Source: a virus. From it: 64,000 nucleotides of DNA. Under the pieces are notes generated by a model. That model was not told the DNA's origin and made no database searches. It was given only the letters and a program-made list of their open reading frames with translations. The stretch lies in IMG/VR virus record IMGVR_UViG_3300027816_000055, one strand, 5' to 3'. Of the stretch, positions 1-9,215 are shown one piece after another (the stretch's first letter is position 1; every line of letters begins with the position of its first letter). The translations under genes were made by a program, and so were the position numbers.

Positions 1-1
1 A

Positions 2-487
2 TTTGAAGATCACATTAATAATAAAATTAAGTTTGATATTCAAGAAGTAATTCAAGCTAGAAATTTTATTAGTGAAAATCTATGCGGTATCAAAAAGAAA
101 TCTCCAGAAGCAGAAGAAGAAGTAATTAAAATCTACAAGCAACAAAGCGAAGATATTCGTATGTTGTCTTACAAAATCATGGTCGATAGCTTGAATGAAA
201 AATATCAAGGACTTGATCAAAATCAAAAACGATTACTTAGAGAATTTATTAACAATATTACTAATACAAATTCATTGAATGTATTGATTAATGAAGAAGT
301 AGAAACTGTAAAGAAAGAATTGACTGAATTGAGTTCACAAGTTGATTCAGATGTTATCAGAATTAAAATTACAGAAACTGTAAAACAATTGGATAAAGTA
401 AAACCATCAAAGAGTGTCAAAGACAATCAAGTTATGGTTTTGTTGCTTTCATATGAACTCATCAAAGAAATAAAATCACAAATTTAA
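2..487 (+). CDS. Hypothetical head-module protein, 5'-truncated by the window edge
   Basis: Frame is open from base 2 (FEDHINNKIKF...) through the called ORF 161..487; helical, lies upstream of the protease gene. Confidence 0.7.
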   Translation, partial: FEDHINNKIKFDIQEVIQARNFISENLCGIKKKSPEAEEEVIKIYKQQSEDIRMLSYKIMVDSLNEKYQGLDQNQKRLLREFINNITNTNSLNVLINEEVETVKKELTELSSQVDSDVIRIKITETVKQLDKVKPSKSVKDNQVMVLLLSYELIKEIKSQI

Positions 488-493
488 TAATAT

Positions 494-991
494 ATGAATA
501 AAGACAACGTAATGAAAAAAGGCAAAATTATTGTTGGAGGCACTTTGCGTGAAAAATTAAAAGCAAAGTTAAAAGAAATCATTCGTAAAAAAATGACAGA
601 AATTTCAACAAGCGGTGCTGCTGGTGGTAGTGCTGCGGATGGTAGTGCCGGTCCAGTAAAAACGCCATATGCATTTGGTAAAGTAAAAGATCCTACAACT
701 GGTTTGGATGGATACAAGCAAGTTGGAAAACCCGAAACAGGTACAATTACTGAAAAAGAAGGTAAGAAAAAAGAACCCGAAACTAAAGAATCTCCTAAGA
801 AGAGTGAACCAAAGCCATATGAGCCAATTGTAAAGCCAAAAACTCCTGAAGAAAAAGCTGCCGATGAACTTTCTGCTTCAAACGAAAGACGTAAAAAAGA
901 AGTAGAATTGGTTGCGAAAATTGTATCAGGATGGGCCGATACTCGCAAAAAAGCTTCAAAAGCTTCAAAAGCTTCAAAAAAATCTGATTAA
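494..991 (+). CDS. Hypothetical Lys/Glu-rich protein, probable internal head protein
   Basis: 165-aa ORF; LKEIIRKKMTE followed by a Gly/Ser-rich segment and TPYAFG. Confidence 0.6.
   Translation: MNKDNVMKKGKIIVGGTLREKLKAKLKEIIRKKMTEISTSGAAGGSAADGSAGPVKTPYAFGKVKDPTTGLDGYKQVGKPETGTITEKEGKKKEPETKESPKKSEPKPYEPIVKPKTPEEKAADELSASNERRKKEVELVAKIVSGWADTRKKASKASKASKKSD
953..979 (+). repeat. Three perfect tandem copies of GCTTCAAAA (encodes ASK x3)
   Basis: Read directly from the sequence. Confidence 0.9.
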
Positions 992-1002
992 TAAAGATTA
1001 TT

Positions 1003-1482
1003 ATGTCGATTAGTTTAAAAAGACTAATAGAATTGGATAGTGAGCCGCAAGTCAAACAAAATGCGGCTTATACTCCTATTGTTGCTCAACAACCAACTCC
1101 ACAAGGTCAGGAGTTTAATGTTGGATTAGATTTTACTAATTTTGAACGAACGATAGCAGCATTTACTGAAAATGCAAAAAATGCATTTCAACAAAAACTT
1201 ATGAGTTTGGTTGGAAATAAAAAAGTATTTTTGCGTGGTAGTAAAGGCTATGGTCAGCCAATTAAAGATTATACTGTCAATGTAAAAAGCGTTAGCATTG
1301 ATTTTTATTATGAACGTTATGTTGTTGTTTTCAAAGATGAAAATGACAAAGAATACTTTTTAGAGCCGGGATACAAGATTAAAATCTTGGGTCAGGCACA
1401 AATTGTTCCAAAAACACCAAAGAAAAAAAAGAAGGAACAACCTCCGGTTGTGCCAGTTCAACCAAATATTAATCCTAGATAA
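1003..1482 (+). CDS. Hypothetical protein with MSISLKRLIE leader
   Basis: 159-aa ORF tightly packed in the head operon. Confidence 0.65.
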   Translation: MSISLKRLIELDSEPQVKQNAAYTPIVAQQPTPQGQEFNVGLDFTNFERTIAAFTENAKNAFQQKLMSLVGNKKVFLRGSKGYGQPIKDYTVNVKSVSIDFYYERYVVVFKDENDKEYFLEPGYKIKILGQAQIVPKTPKKKKKEQPPVVPVQPNINPR

Positions 1483-1483
1483 T

Positions 1484-2101
1484 ATGAATAAAGAATTACT
1501 TGTTGACTGCATTTCGTTTGCAGTAAGCCGAGATGTCATAAATGAAATGACAAATAGTGGCGGACCTTTTGTAGTAAAAGGTGTATTGCAACGTGCTAAT
1601 GCAAAAAATCAAAATGGTAGAATTTATCCAAAAGCAATTTTGGAACGTGAAGCAGTAAAATATACTGAAAACTTCATCAAACAACGTCGTGCATTAGGTG
1701 AATTAGATCATCCTGAAACTAGTGTTGTTAATTTGCAAAATGTTAGTCATAACGTATTGGAAGTTCACTGGGAAGGTGATGATTTGGTCGGTAGTGTTGA
1801 AATTTTAACAACGCCAAGCGGCAACATTTTGCGTGAGTTATTTAAAAGCTCAATCAATGTTGGCATTAGTAGTCGTGGCGTAGGTAGTGTAAAACGAAAA
1901 ATGGCAGAAAGTGCAGATGAAGTTCAAGAAGATTTTGAATTAATTGCATTTGATTTCGTTAGCAACCCAAGCACACAAGGAGCATTTTTACATCCGTCTG
2001 GACAAATTCAAGAAGGTGTAAATACAATTAAAAATCCAGTCACAAACAAATGGGATAATGTAAATAATATTATTCGAGAAATCTTAGGAGAAATTAAATA
2101 A
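1484..2101 (+). CDS. gp21: Prohead core protease (T4 gp21-like)
   Basis: NQNGRIYP, ALGELDHP, VSH and GISSRGVGS motifs, FDFVSNPST; start moved to ATG 1484, directly after the upstream stop. Confidence 0.93.
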   Translation: MNKELLVDCISFAVSRDVINEMTNSGGPFVVKGVLQRANAKNQNGRIYPKAILEREAVKYTENFIKQRRALGELDHPETSVVNLQNVSHNVLEVHWEGDDLVGSVEILTTPSGNILRELFKSSINVGISSRGVGSVKRKMAESADEVQEDFELIAFDFVSNPSTQGAFLHPSGQIQEGVNTIKNPVTNKWDNVNNIIREILGEIK

Positions 2102-2104
2102 TAT

Positions 2105-2785
2105 ATGAATAATAAAACACAAAATGAAGGATTTTTTGACCGTCTTAAAGCAAATTGGACTGGGGCAAAAACTGCCGCAACAAATATAGGAACAGGCGTA
2201 GCATCGGTTGCGGCTGGAGTACCATTGAAATTAACCAATGTTCAAGATGCCAGAATTAAACAATTATTTAGTCAGGTTCAAGCAAGAATCAAACCATATG
2301 CAAACAAATTGGGAAATACAAATGTTGCGACCAAACTGAATGCTGAAATTGAAGTAAAAAAGAATCTTCTAGGATTCATCAATGATTTCATGAAAATGAC
2401 GGGTGAAAAAAAACCAAATAATGTGATTGCCACATTGCAACAACCACAATATGCTGAAATTGCAAATTATATCAAAAAATTAGGGCTTTCTGTTCCTGTT
2501 TCAAAGAAACCTGTGACACCATCCGCATCCACAACTACCCCTACCCCAGCACCTGCTTCATCTACACCGCCAACTGGAGGTACACCCGCCGATGGTACAT
2601 TCGATGTTTCTAAAAATTATAAATTTGATGCTAGTAAAAATCTATGGGTTAATATTTCAACCGGAGTTGCGTTGAACAAATCAGCTTCAGACGCAAAGAC
2701 AGTTGCATACTGGAATGCAGTTAAAAAAGGAACCATCATTCCAGAAAATAAAACTAAAATTGTATATAAAGAGTTTTTTGTATAA
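2105..2785 (+). CDS. Hypothetical protein with a Pro/Thr-rich linker
   Basis: 226-aa ORF in the head operon. Confidence 0.6.
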   Translation: MNNKTQNEGFFDRLKANWTGAKTAATNIGTGVASVAAGVPLKLTNVQDARIKQLFSQVQARIKPYANKLGNTNVATKLNAEIEVKKNLLGFINDFMKMTGEKKPNNVIATLQQPQYAEIANYIKKLGLSVPVSKKPVTPSASTTTPTPAPASSTPPTGGTPADGTFDVSKNYKFDASKNLWVNISTGVALNKSASDAKTVAYWNAVKKGTIIPENKTKIVYKEFFV

Positions 2786-2804
2786 TTGCTAATATTTATT
2801 ACAT

Positions 2805-3290
2805 ATGATCACGTTAAAAAAAATTATTGAAGGAGTTGAACAAGAATCTTCTGTAGATACTAATGAATTGAGTGGTATGATGGGACAGTCACCTACTACA
2901 TGGGATACGCCAAAAGCATATGCTCCTGCCGGTGCGCCAGTTCGAACAAATGAAGCATTACCTTCAAAGAAATTAACCGCTGAAGAAAAGCGTAAATTGC
3001 TTGGTATGATTGGTCAATTTAACGAATATCGCCGTGCTATGAAGATGGCGGATGAATTGAAACACGTTGCTGAAAACATTGTTTACATTGCAGAAATGAC
3101 CGAAAAATACGGTTTGAATGAAACAAGTGAGTGGTTTGAAGGAGTAACATTGGAACGTGATATGAAAGAAATTAAACGTTATGCAAGTGAATTGCATAAG
3201 ATTGCTAATAAAGTTCATCCACAGGTTCAACAAGCCGAAGCAATATACGAAGAAATTGGACTAAAGTTAGAAAGATACTTTAATCTATAA
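2805..3290 (+). CDS. Hypothetical head-module protein with MITLKKIIE leader
   Basis: 161-aa ORF; TATTTATT at 2793-2800; helical C-terminus. Confidence 0.65.
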   Translation: MITLKKIIEGVEQESSVDTNELSGMMGQSPTTWDTPKAYAPAGAPVRTNEALPSKKLTAEEKRKLLGMIGQFNEYRRAMKMADELKHVAENIVYIAEMTEKYGLNETSEWFEGVTLERDMKEIKRYASELHKIANKVHPQVQQAEAIYEEIGLKLERYFNL

Positions 3291-3293
3291 ATC

Positions 3294-3322
3294 AAAAACC
3301 CCACTTAATAGTGGGGTTTTTT
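3294..3322. terminator. Bidirectional intrinsic terminator
   Basis: AAAAACCCCAC-ttaata-GTGGGGTTTTT hairpin between convergent genes. Confidence 0.85.
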
Positions 3323-3323
3323 A

Positions 3324-3707
3324 TTATACTTCTAATTTTCCAAACTCATCTATTCTATCCATCATGTTATCGAATGATTTAAAATAATGTTTTCTATCAT
3401 TAACTTTTAATTCATATCCAAGCTTTTTATGCTTGGCAATGCTGTATCTATTCATATCCATATCACCGGGAATAGTTAATCCCATATGACTATCACCTTC
3501 GATTTGAAAGCCCATACCTTCAAGCATATCCAAATGTTTCATTTCCCACGAATTTGGATTATCGAAGTCATCTAACTTGTAATAATTTTCATTTTGTAGT
3601 TCGGATGTATGATAATCTTTTCTAATATTCATTGGTTGTTTGTAGCTATTATGATTGCTGCCAACACTATGACGTTTTGAACTAATTGTAAATTGTTTTG
3701 ATTGCAT
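3324..3707 (-). CDS. Hypothetical protein
   Basis: 127-aa ORF directly downstream of 3711..4199 on the minus strand. Confidence 0.6.
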   Translation of the reverse strand: MQSKQFTISSKRHSVGSNHNSYKQPMNIRKDYHTSELQNENYYKLDDFDNPNSWEMKHLDMLEGMGFQIEGDSHMGLTIPGDMDMNRYSIAKHKKLGYELKVNDRKHYFKSFDNMMDRIDEFGKLEV

Positions 3708-3710
3708 ATG

Positions 3711-4199
3711 TTATTTATTCATTAATAGTGCGTCTGTAAAAAAATTATAAATGTTGCTCAAGAAATTTGGAATATTTGCATTTTTATCAAATGAACTTCC
3801 TGAGCGACTAAACACTGCGCCGGGTTTATCTATATCTTCTCGTTTAGTAAATGCAACATACCACATGGCATATTTATATTCATTAGAATTTCGTGGATTT
3901 GCAATTTTTCTAATGGCAAAATGAAAATTTGTTGGCGATTGATTAACTTCAAATTGAATAGTATTATTTGTAAAATCAACTGAACTTATATTACTATATA
4001 CATGTTTAATTGCTTCTTTTATTTTTTCAAGCTCTTGAGGACCAATTGTATAAGGGCGATTATATCCTTTTTGTAATACAGCAGTCAAATTGGTATCATC
4101 AGCTTCTTTTGTTTCAACATAAGAAGATTCAATCAACATATTTTCCAACAATACTTTTTTGATATATTGTTTCAATGATTGTTTTTGTTTTTCGTTCAT
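3711..4199 (-). CDS. Hypothetical protein with LKQYIKKVLLE leader
   Basis: 162-aa ORF; minus-strand TATTTATT at 4203-4210. Confidence 0.65.
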   Translation of the reverse strand: MNEKQKQSLKQYIKKVLLENMLIESSYVETKEADDTNLTAVLQKGYNRPYTIGPQELEKIKEAIKHVYSNISSVDFTNNTIQFEVNQSPTNFHFAIRKIANPRNSNEYKYAMWYVAFTKREDIDKPGAVFSRSGSSFDKNANIPNFLSNIYNFFTDALLMNK

Positions 4200-4348
4200 A
4201 TAAATAAATATCTAAAAATATTTTAACTTTTGTATTTTTTAATTATATTTATTTTACAGTAATACGACATTTCCTTTGTCGCAATAAATATTCTAACTTT
4301 ATTGGAGTTTCTATAATAACTTCAGAAACAAACAAAGGATAATCATAT

Positions 4349-5530
4349 ATGTCAAAATTATTACAAGAAGCACTCGCTGACGCAAAAGCCGTTAAGCGTA
4401 TTGCTATTGAAAATGCTAAAGTAGCATTAGAAGAAACATTCCAACGCGAAGTCACCGGAATGTTCCAAGAAAAAATCAAAGAAGAATTGGCCAACGAAGA
4501 AACCTACGGTGTAGGTGATCAAAGTGGCGGCCTTCAAGGATCCAGTGATATTGGCGGAACTGTTGGTGGCAGCAAAAAGCCATCTGCAAAAGCCCACAAA
4601 ACATCAACCAAAGTTTCTAAGTTGGAAACTGGTGTAAAATTGGATGAAGAAGCCGAAGATTCGATGCATGCTGAAGTTGGTTCACATGACAATCAAATGG
4701 AAGCTTCAGAAGAAGCTGTTCATGATGAAACAATTACCAATGAAGAATTGGAAGAAATCTTGAGTAGCTTAGAAGAAGAATTGGATGAAGAAGGTGAACC
4801 GTCACCAGCACAACCTCCTGTTGATCCAATGGCACAAACACCTGCTCCTGCTCCTGCGCCAATGGCACCTGCTCCAGTTGATCCAAATGCTCCAGTAGCT
4901 GCTCAACCTCCAGTTGATCCAAATGCTCCTGTTGCTCCAGTTGCTCCTGCTCCAATGGCACAAGCACAACCTCCAGTTGCTGAAGAAGAAGAAAGCATGG
5001 AAGAAATCAGTCTCGACGAACTTTTGAGTGAAATCGGTGCTGAAGAAAGCTTGGAAGAAGCTAAGGAAGAAGACGACGACGAAAAAGAAGAAAAAGAAGA
5101 AGGTAAAGAAGAAGATGAAGATTTGAAAGAACAAAATACTTCACTTCGTACCCAATTGAGCGAACACATTAAAGTCATTGAATATTTGCGTGAACAAATC
5201 AATGAAATTAATTTATTGAATGCAAAATTATTGTATACCAACAAGTTGTTTAAGCAATTTGGATTGAGTAACACACAAAAATTGAGCATTGTTGAAAAAT
5301 TCGACTTGGCAAGCACAGTACGTGAAGTCAAGTATGCATACACAATTTTAGCCGAATCATTAAGTTCCGGTGCATCAACAGTCAAGAAGACTAATACTGT
5401 TGCAAAATCTATCACCGAAGGTTTGGCAAGCAAAGCAGTTGCATCCACAAAACCATCAAAAGATGTAATTGTTGAAAACACTAACGAGATGGCTTTGAAA
5501 TTCCAAAGACTCGCCGGAATCAAGAAGTAA
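4349..5530 (+). CDS. gp22: Prohead core scaffolding protein (T4 gp22-like)
   Basis: Acidic coiled-coil protein immediately upstream of the capsid gene; MSKLLQEALADAKAVK start, LLNAKLLYTNKLF, ends FQRLAGIKK; AGGA 9 nt upstream. Confidence 0.85.
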   Translation: MSKLLQEALADAKAVKRIAIENAKVALEETFQREVTGMFQEKIKEELANEETYGVGDQSGGLQGSSDIGGTVGGSKKPSAKAHKTSTKVSKLETGVKLDEEAEDSMHAEVGSHDNQMEASEEAVHDETITNEELEEILSSLEEELDEEGEPSPAQPPVDPMAQTPAPAPAPMAPAPVDPNAPVAAQPPVDPNAPVAPVAPAPMAQAQPPVAEEEESMEEISLDELLSEIGAEESLEEAKEEDDDEKEEKEEGKEEDEDLKEQNTSLRTQLSEHIKVIEYLREQINEINLLNAKLLYTNKLFKQFGLSNTQKLSIVEKFDLASTVREVKYAYTILAESLSSGASTVKKTNTVAKSITEGLASKAVASTKPSKDVIVENTNEMALKFQRLAGIKK

Positions 5531-5581
5531 TTTTAATGGTGAGCAAAAACCAAACAAAAAAATAGATAAGGAAAATATAAT

Positions 5582-7345
5582 ATGAGTGATATTAAGTCAT
5601 TATTGACAAACAACATGAACCCACAAGCACGTTTGATGCAGGAAACTCGTCAATTACAAAGTAAGTGGGATAAAACTGGTCTTCTTGAAGGATTGGGCGG
5701 CGTAGAAAAAGCCAATATGTCCATCTTGCTTGAAAACCAAGCAAAGCAATTGCTTGATGAAGCAACTGCCACAGGTACATCAGCAAACAGTGAACAATGG
5801 GCAGGCGTAGCTCTTCCATTGGTTCGCCGTGTATTTGCTGAAATTAGCGCAAAAGAATTCGTTTCAGTACAACCAATGAATCTTCCAAGTGGTTTGATCT
5901 TTTATTTGGATTTCAAATATGGTTCAACTAATGGCGGATTTACTGCTGACTCAGCTAACAATTACAGTTCATTGTTCGGTGGAACAGGCAAGAAGCTTGG
6001 ATCAACTGACAGTGCAACCGGTGGTTTGTATGGTGTAGGTCGTTATGGTTATTCTATTAATGATATTACAGCAAGTATTTCTGCTGCAACTGGTAGCAGC
6101 TTGCCAGCAAGTGGAGTATATTTCACCACTGCGTCATATAGTGATGTCGATTTTGATGCATCCTATAGTTCTAGCGTTAACGGTACAAGCAACAACATCT
6201 ACAAGTTGACAATTAATTTGGGAGATAATAGTAGTACTTCAGGTGCAAACCCATTTGCATCAACAATTAATAATGCCGACTTAAATGCAGTACGTAGCTT
6301 CGTATTCACTGGAACCAGTACAACTACTGCTCCATTGAACGCATTCCAAGCTGTATATAACACTGGTAGTTTGGCAAGTCCACAATACTCAGTAACATTG
6401 TTCTTCAGTGCATCTTCAGCATTGTTGGCAGCCGGTAAAGTAACTGGCTCTGTATTGTTTAGCAAGCAACCAACTGATACAACCCGTGGTGACTTCGAAG
6501 ATAAGGCTCCATTCAGTGGTACTGGTGCAAATACTGGTATTAACGCTGGTACCGATATTGGTATTCCAGAAATTAACTTGGAATTGAAGAGCGAACCTAT
6601 CGTTGCCAAGACACGTAAATTGAAGGCCGTTTGGACCCCTGAATTGGCTCACGATTTGAATGCTTACCACAGCATCGACGCAGAAGCAGAATTGACTGCT
6701 TTGTTGAGTGAATACGTCTCAATGGAAATTGATTTGGAAATCCTTGATATGTTAATTACTGCTGCTCCGGGTGTAACAACTCAAGCATGGAGTGCTAAGA
6801 TCGGTAATGAATTGTCAGTTAACTTGGATAGTTTCGGTAATATGAATAATATTACTTTGAACACCGACGCAACTAACAAAACTGCATATGTTAAGAGCAC
6901 ATGGTTCCAAACATTGGGTAACAAGATTCAACGTGTATCTAACAAGATTCACCAATTGACTCTTCGTGGTGGTGCTAACTTCTTGGTCGTCAGTCCAGAT
7001 GTTGCAACTATCTTGGAAAGTATTCCGGGCTATGTAGTAAACACCGATGGTGATAGTGCTAAGTTCGCAATGGGCGTAAGCCGTGTTGGTTCTTTCGCAT
7101 CACGTTTCCAAGTTTACAAGAATCCATATATGGTTGAAAACGTAATCTTGGTTGGTTTCCGTGGAAATAACTTCCTCGAAACTGGTGCAGTTTATGCTCC
7201 ATATATCCCACTCGTACAAACTCCAATGGTATACGATCCAATTAACTTCACACCACGTCGTGGAGTATTGACTCGTTATGCTAAGAAAGTAATTCGTCCA
7301 GAATTCTACGGTAAAGTATTCATTGGTGATCTTGACCAAGTATAA
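5582..7345 (+). CDS. gp23: Major capsid protein (T4 gp23 superfamily) with a Ser/Thr-rich insertion
   Basis: KWDKTGLLEG, LPLVRRVF, VSVQPMNLPSGLIFYLDFKY, AKTRKLKAVWTPELAHDLNAYH, YAPYIPL, TRYA motifs. Confidence 0.96.
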   Translation: MSDIKSLLTNNMNPQARLMQETRQLQSKWDKTGLLEGLGGVEKANMSILLENQAKQLLDEATATGTSANSEQWAGVALPLVRRVFAEISAKEFVSVQPMNLPSGLIFYLDFKYGSTNGGFTADSANNYSSLFGGTGKKLGSTDSATGGLYGVGRYGYSINDITASISAATGSSLPASGVYFTTASYSDVDFDASYSSSVNGTSNNIYKLTINLGDNSSTSGANPFASTINNADLNAVRSFVFTGTSTTTAPLNAFQAVYNTGSLASPQYSVTLFFSASSALLAAGKVTGSVLFSKQPTDTTRGDFEDKAPFSGTGANTGINAGTDIGIPEINLELKSEPIVAKTRKLKAVWTPELAHDLNAYHSIDAEAELTALLSEYVSMEIDLEILDMLITAAPGVTTQAWSAKIGNELSVNLDSFGNMNNITLNTDATNKTAYVKSTWFQTLGNKIQRVSNKIHQLTLRGGANFLVVSPDVATILESIPGYVVNTDGDSAKFAMGVSRVGSFASRFQVYKNPYMVENVILVGFRGNNFLETGAVYAPYIPLVQTPMVYDPINFTPRRGVLTRYAKKVIRPEFYGKVFIGDLDQV

Positions 7346-7372
7346 TCCGTAACGAGATATTAAGTTAAAGCG

Positions 7373-7401
7373 AACCCACGGTATTTCTACCGTGGGTTTT
7401 T
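7373..7401 (+). terminator. Intrinsic terminator after the capsid gene
   Basis: AACCCACGGTA-tttc-TACCGTGGGTT followed by a T-tract. Confidence 0.9.
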
Positions 7402-7428
7402 ATTTTTTATTTTTCTATTTATATGATT

Positions 7429-8223
7429 ATGTATTCAGAAAAAATATCACTAAAGTCTTTGTTATTGGAATATTTTACGGAACCCGTTTCTGTTTTAAAA
7501 AAATACATTACTAAAACAGAGGCAGAAAGAAAAATAGAACTTGGATTAAAAAATGATTGCATAGAATTTTTAGCAAGACGATATCCAAGTATATATGAAA
7601 AATATAGAAAAAACAATTACGGTGAATCGTCTGAAATGTTAATGAAAGAGCATTTAGATGTATTTAATGAATGGTGTAATTTTTTGTATGAAAAATTAAA
7701 CAGTTATGATTATCATGAATACTTTGACACGGGCTATCCGACATGGAATTATGTAGATTATAGATCCATTGTAAAAAATCAATGGTTGATTCATTTTAGT
7801 GATACAGCACAAAATATTTATTATGATCAAAGATTTAATAGTGGAGTAGATGATTATACAAGACTAGGATTAACTAAGCATTTATCCGATGGTATGAAAG
7901 ATATGGAAGGATATAATTTTGCTTATTTATTAAGTGATTATTTGAGATACGGAAAGGAACGTAATCGATTCAAATATGGAAAAGAAGCTGTTTTGTTCAA
8001 AGCAAGTGGAATACAAGTGTGGCATTTTGGTGATGCCGAACCACAAGTAATTTTTTGGGGACCGAGTGCATTTGATATTGTCTATATTAGAGAAGACAGT
8101 GACACAGGCGAATATTATGTATATAGTAAAAACAAGACAAGTCCATTCAGAGGAGAATTTGATGATTGTGTTGACTGGGTAATAAATAATTTTAATCAAT
8201 ATAAACGCATATTATTACCTTGA
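7429..8223 (+). CDS. Hypothetical protein, possible ADP-ribosyltransferase fold
   Basis: KISLKSLLLE leader; WLIHFSD...GYNFAY...KYG...EPQVIFW spacing resembles ART core strands; second ATG preferred because TATTTATA occupies 7416-7423. Confidence 0.5.
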   Translation: MYSEKISLKSLLLEYFTEPVSVLKKYITKTEAERKIELGLKNDCIEFLARRYPSIYEKYRKNNYGESSEMLMKEHLDVFNEWCNFLYEKLNSYDYHEYFDTGYPTWNYVDYRSIVKNQWLIHFSDTAQNIYYDQRFNSGVDDYTRLGLTKHLSDGMKDMEGYNFAYLLSDYLRYGKERNRFKYGKEAVLFKASGIQVWHFGDAEPQVIFWGPSAFDIVYIREDSDTGEYYVYSKNKTSPFRGEFDDCVDWVINNFNQYKRILLP

Positions 8224-8243
8224 TGTATTCTATTTATTATCAT

Positions 8244-8855
8244 ATGAAATTAACCGACATTGTTGAAAATATTGTTCATCCAGCAGAACCAATGAATCTA
8301 ATTAAAGAGGTTGCTGTTAGCCAAAATTTAAAATATCATTTGGATAGACACTTAACGCTTGAAGAATGTGTATTTCGCAATTATAGCGAAGCTTATTTTA
8401 ACTTAATAAATGAAATTCGTGCATTATACAACGATGATGCAATTGAATTAAATGAATATGACGCAGATATTGTCGAAAGCGATTTGGGAGAAACTGCTGA
8501 ATATGAAGGACGCACTGTATATTTAGATGCTCCTATTGAAGAAGATGTTGATGAACAATTGATGTTGGAAGCAAAACATCGTGGCAGAACAGTTAAATTA
8601 AATAGACCATTTCGAACTCCCGGTGGACCAAAAAAATTTGCTGTTTATGTAAAAAGCAAAAAGGGAAAAATCAAAAAAGTAACATTTGGTGATCCTAAAA
8701 TGCGTGTTCGTGCCAGTAGCAAGGCTCGCCGCAAGAGCTTTTCTGCCCGACATAAATGTAGTCAAAAGAAAGATCGTACAACAGCAGGTTATTGGAGTTG
8801 CAGAGCACATCGTATTCGCAGTTTGGGTACAAAAAGCAAGGGCAAATATTGGTAA
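8244..8855 (+). CDS. Conserved phage protein with a very basic C-terminal domain
   Basis: MKLTDIVE start after TATTTATT (8231-8238); C-terminal KLNRPFR...VTFGDPKMR...RKSFSARHKC...AGYWSC. Confidence 0.75.
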   Translation: MKLTDIVENIVHPAEPMNLIKEVAVSQNLKYHLDRHLTLEECVFRNYSEAYFNLINEIRALYNDDAIELNEYDADIVESDLGETAEYEGRTVYLDAPIEEDVDEQLMLEAKHRGRTVKLNRPFRTPGGPKKFAVYVKSKKGKIKKVTFGDPKMRVRASSKARRKSFSARHKCSQKKDRTTAGYWSCRAHRIRSLGTKSKGKYW

Positions 8856-8858
8856 TAT

Positions 8859-9215
8859 ATGATTAAGCTTAAAGATTTGATTGACGAAGGTTGGGGAGGC
8901 ATGCTTCAAGCACAGTTCTATTGGCTTGATAAAAATGGAAATGCGAAAAAAGTTTCAAGTCACGGAAGTTATGCTAATCTTTTATCAAAAATAGATTGGG
9001 ACGATGATCAATCATATCAATATATGTTTGATCGTGGATGGGCAAGAATTTCAATAGAAGATAATTATATATTTATAAATACATCATTGACAAATCCAGT
9101 TCACGTCGATTTGACCAAATCTCAAAAAGAATGGCTTAAAACAATCCGAGATGAAATATATCCAGCGCAACATTTACAAATTGTAAACATATACCGAAGA
9201 CCAATAGAAATATGA
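8859..9215 (+). CDS. Hypothetical protein with MIKLKDLIDE leader
   Basis: 118-aa ORF; YWLDKNG...H...MFDRGWARI. Confidence 0.7.
   Translation: MIKLKDLIDEGWGGMLQAQFYWLDKNGNAKKVSSHGSYANLLSKIDWDDDQSYQYMFDRGWARISIEDNYIFINTSLTNPVHVDLTKSQKEWLKTIRDEIYPAQHLQIVNIYRRPIEI

Noticed and set aside
4795-4990. Pro/Ala repeats (PVDPNAPV) in the scaffold as a separate element
   Set aside because: Ordinary low-complexity linker within a scaffold protein
4734-6670. Antisense ORFs over scaffold and capsid genes (and similar ones over fibres, SSB and tape measure)
   Set aside because: Shadow ORFs of biased or low-complexity codon usage, fully overlapping well-supported genes
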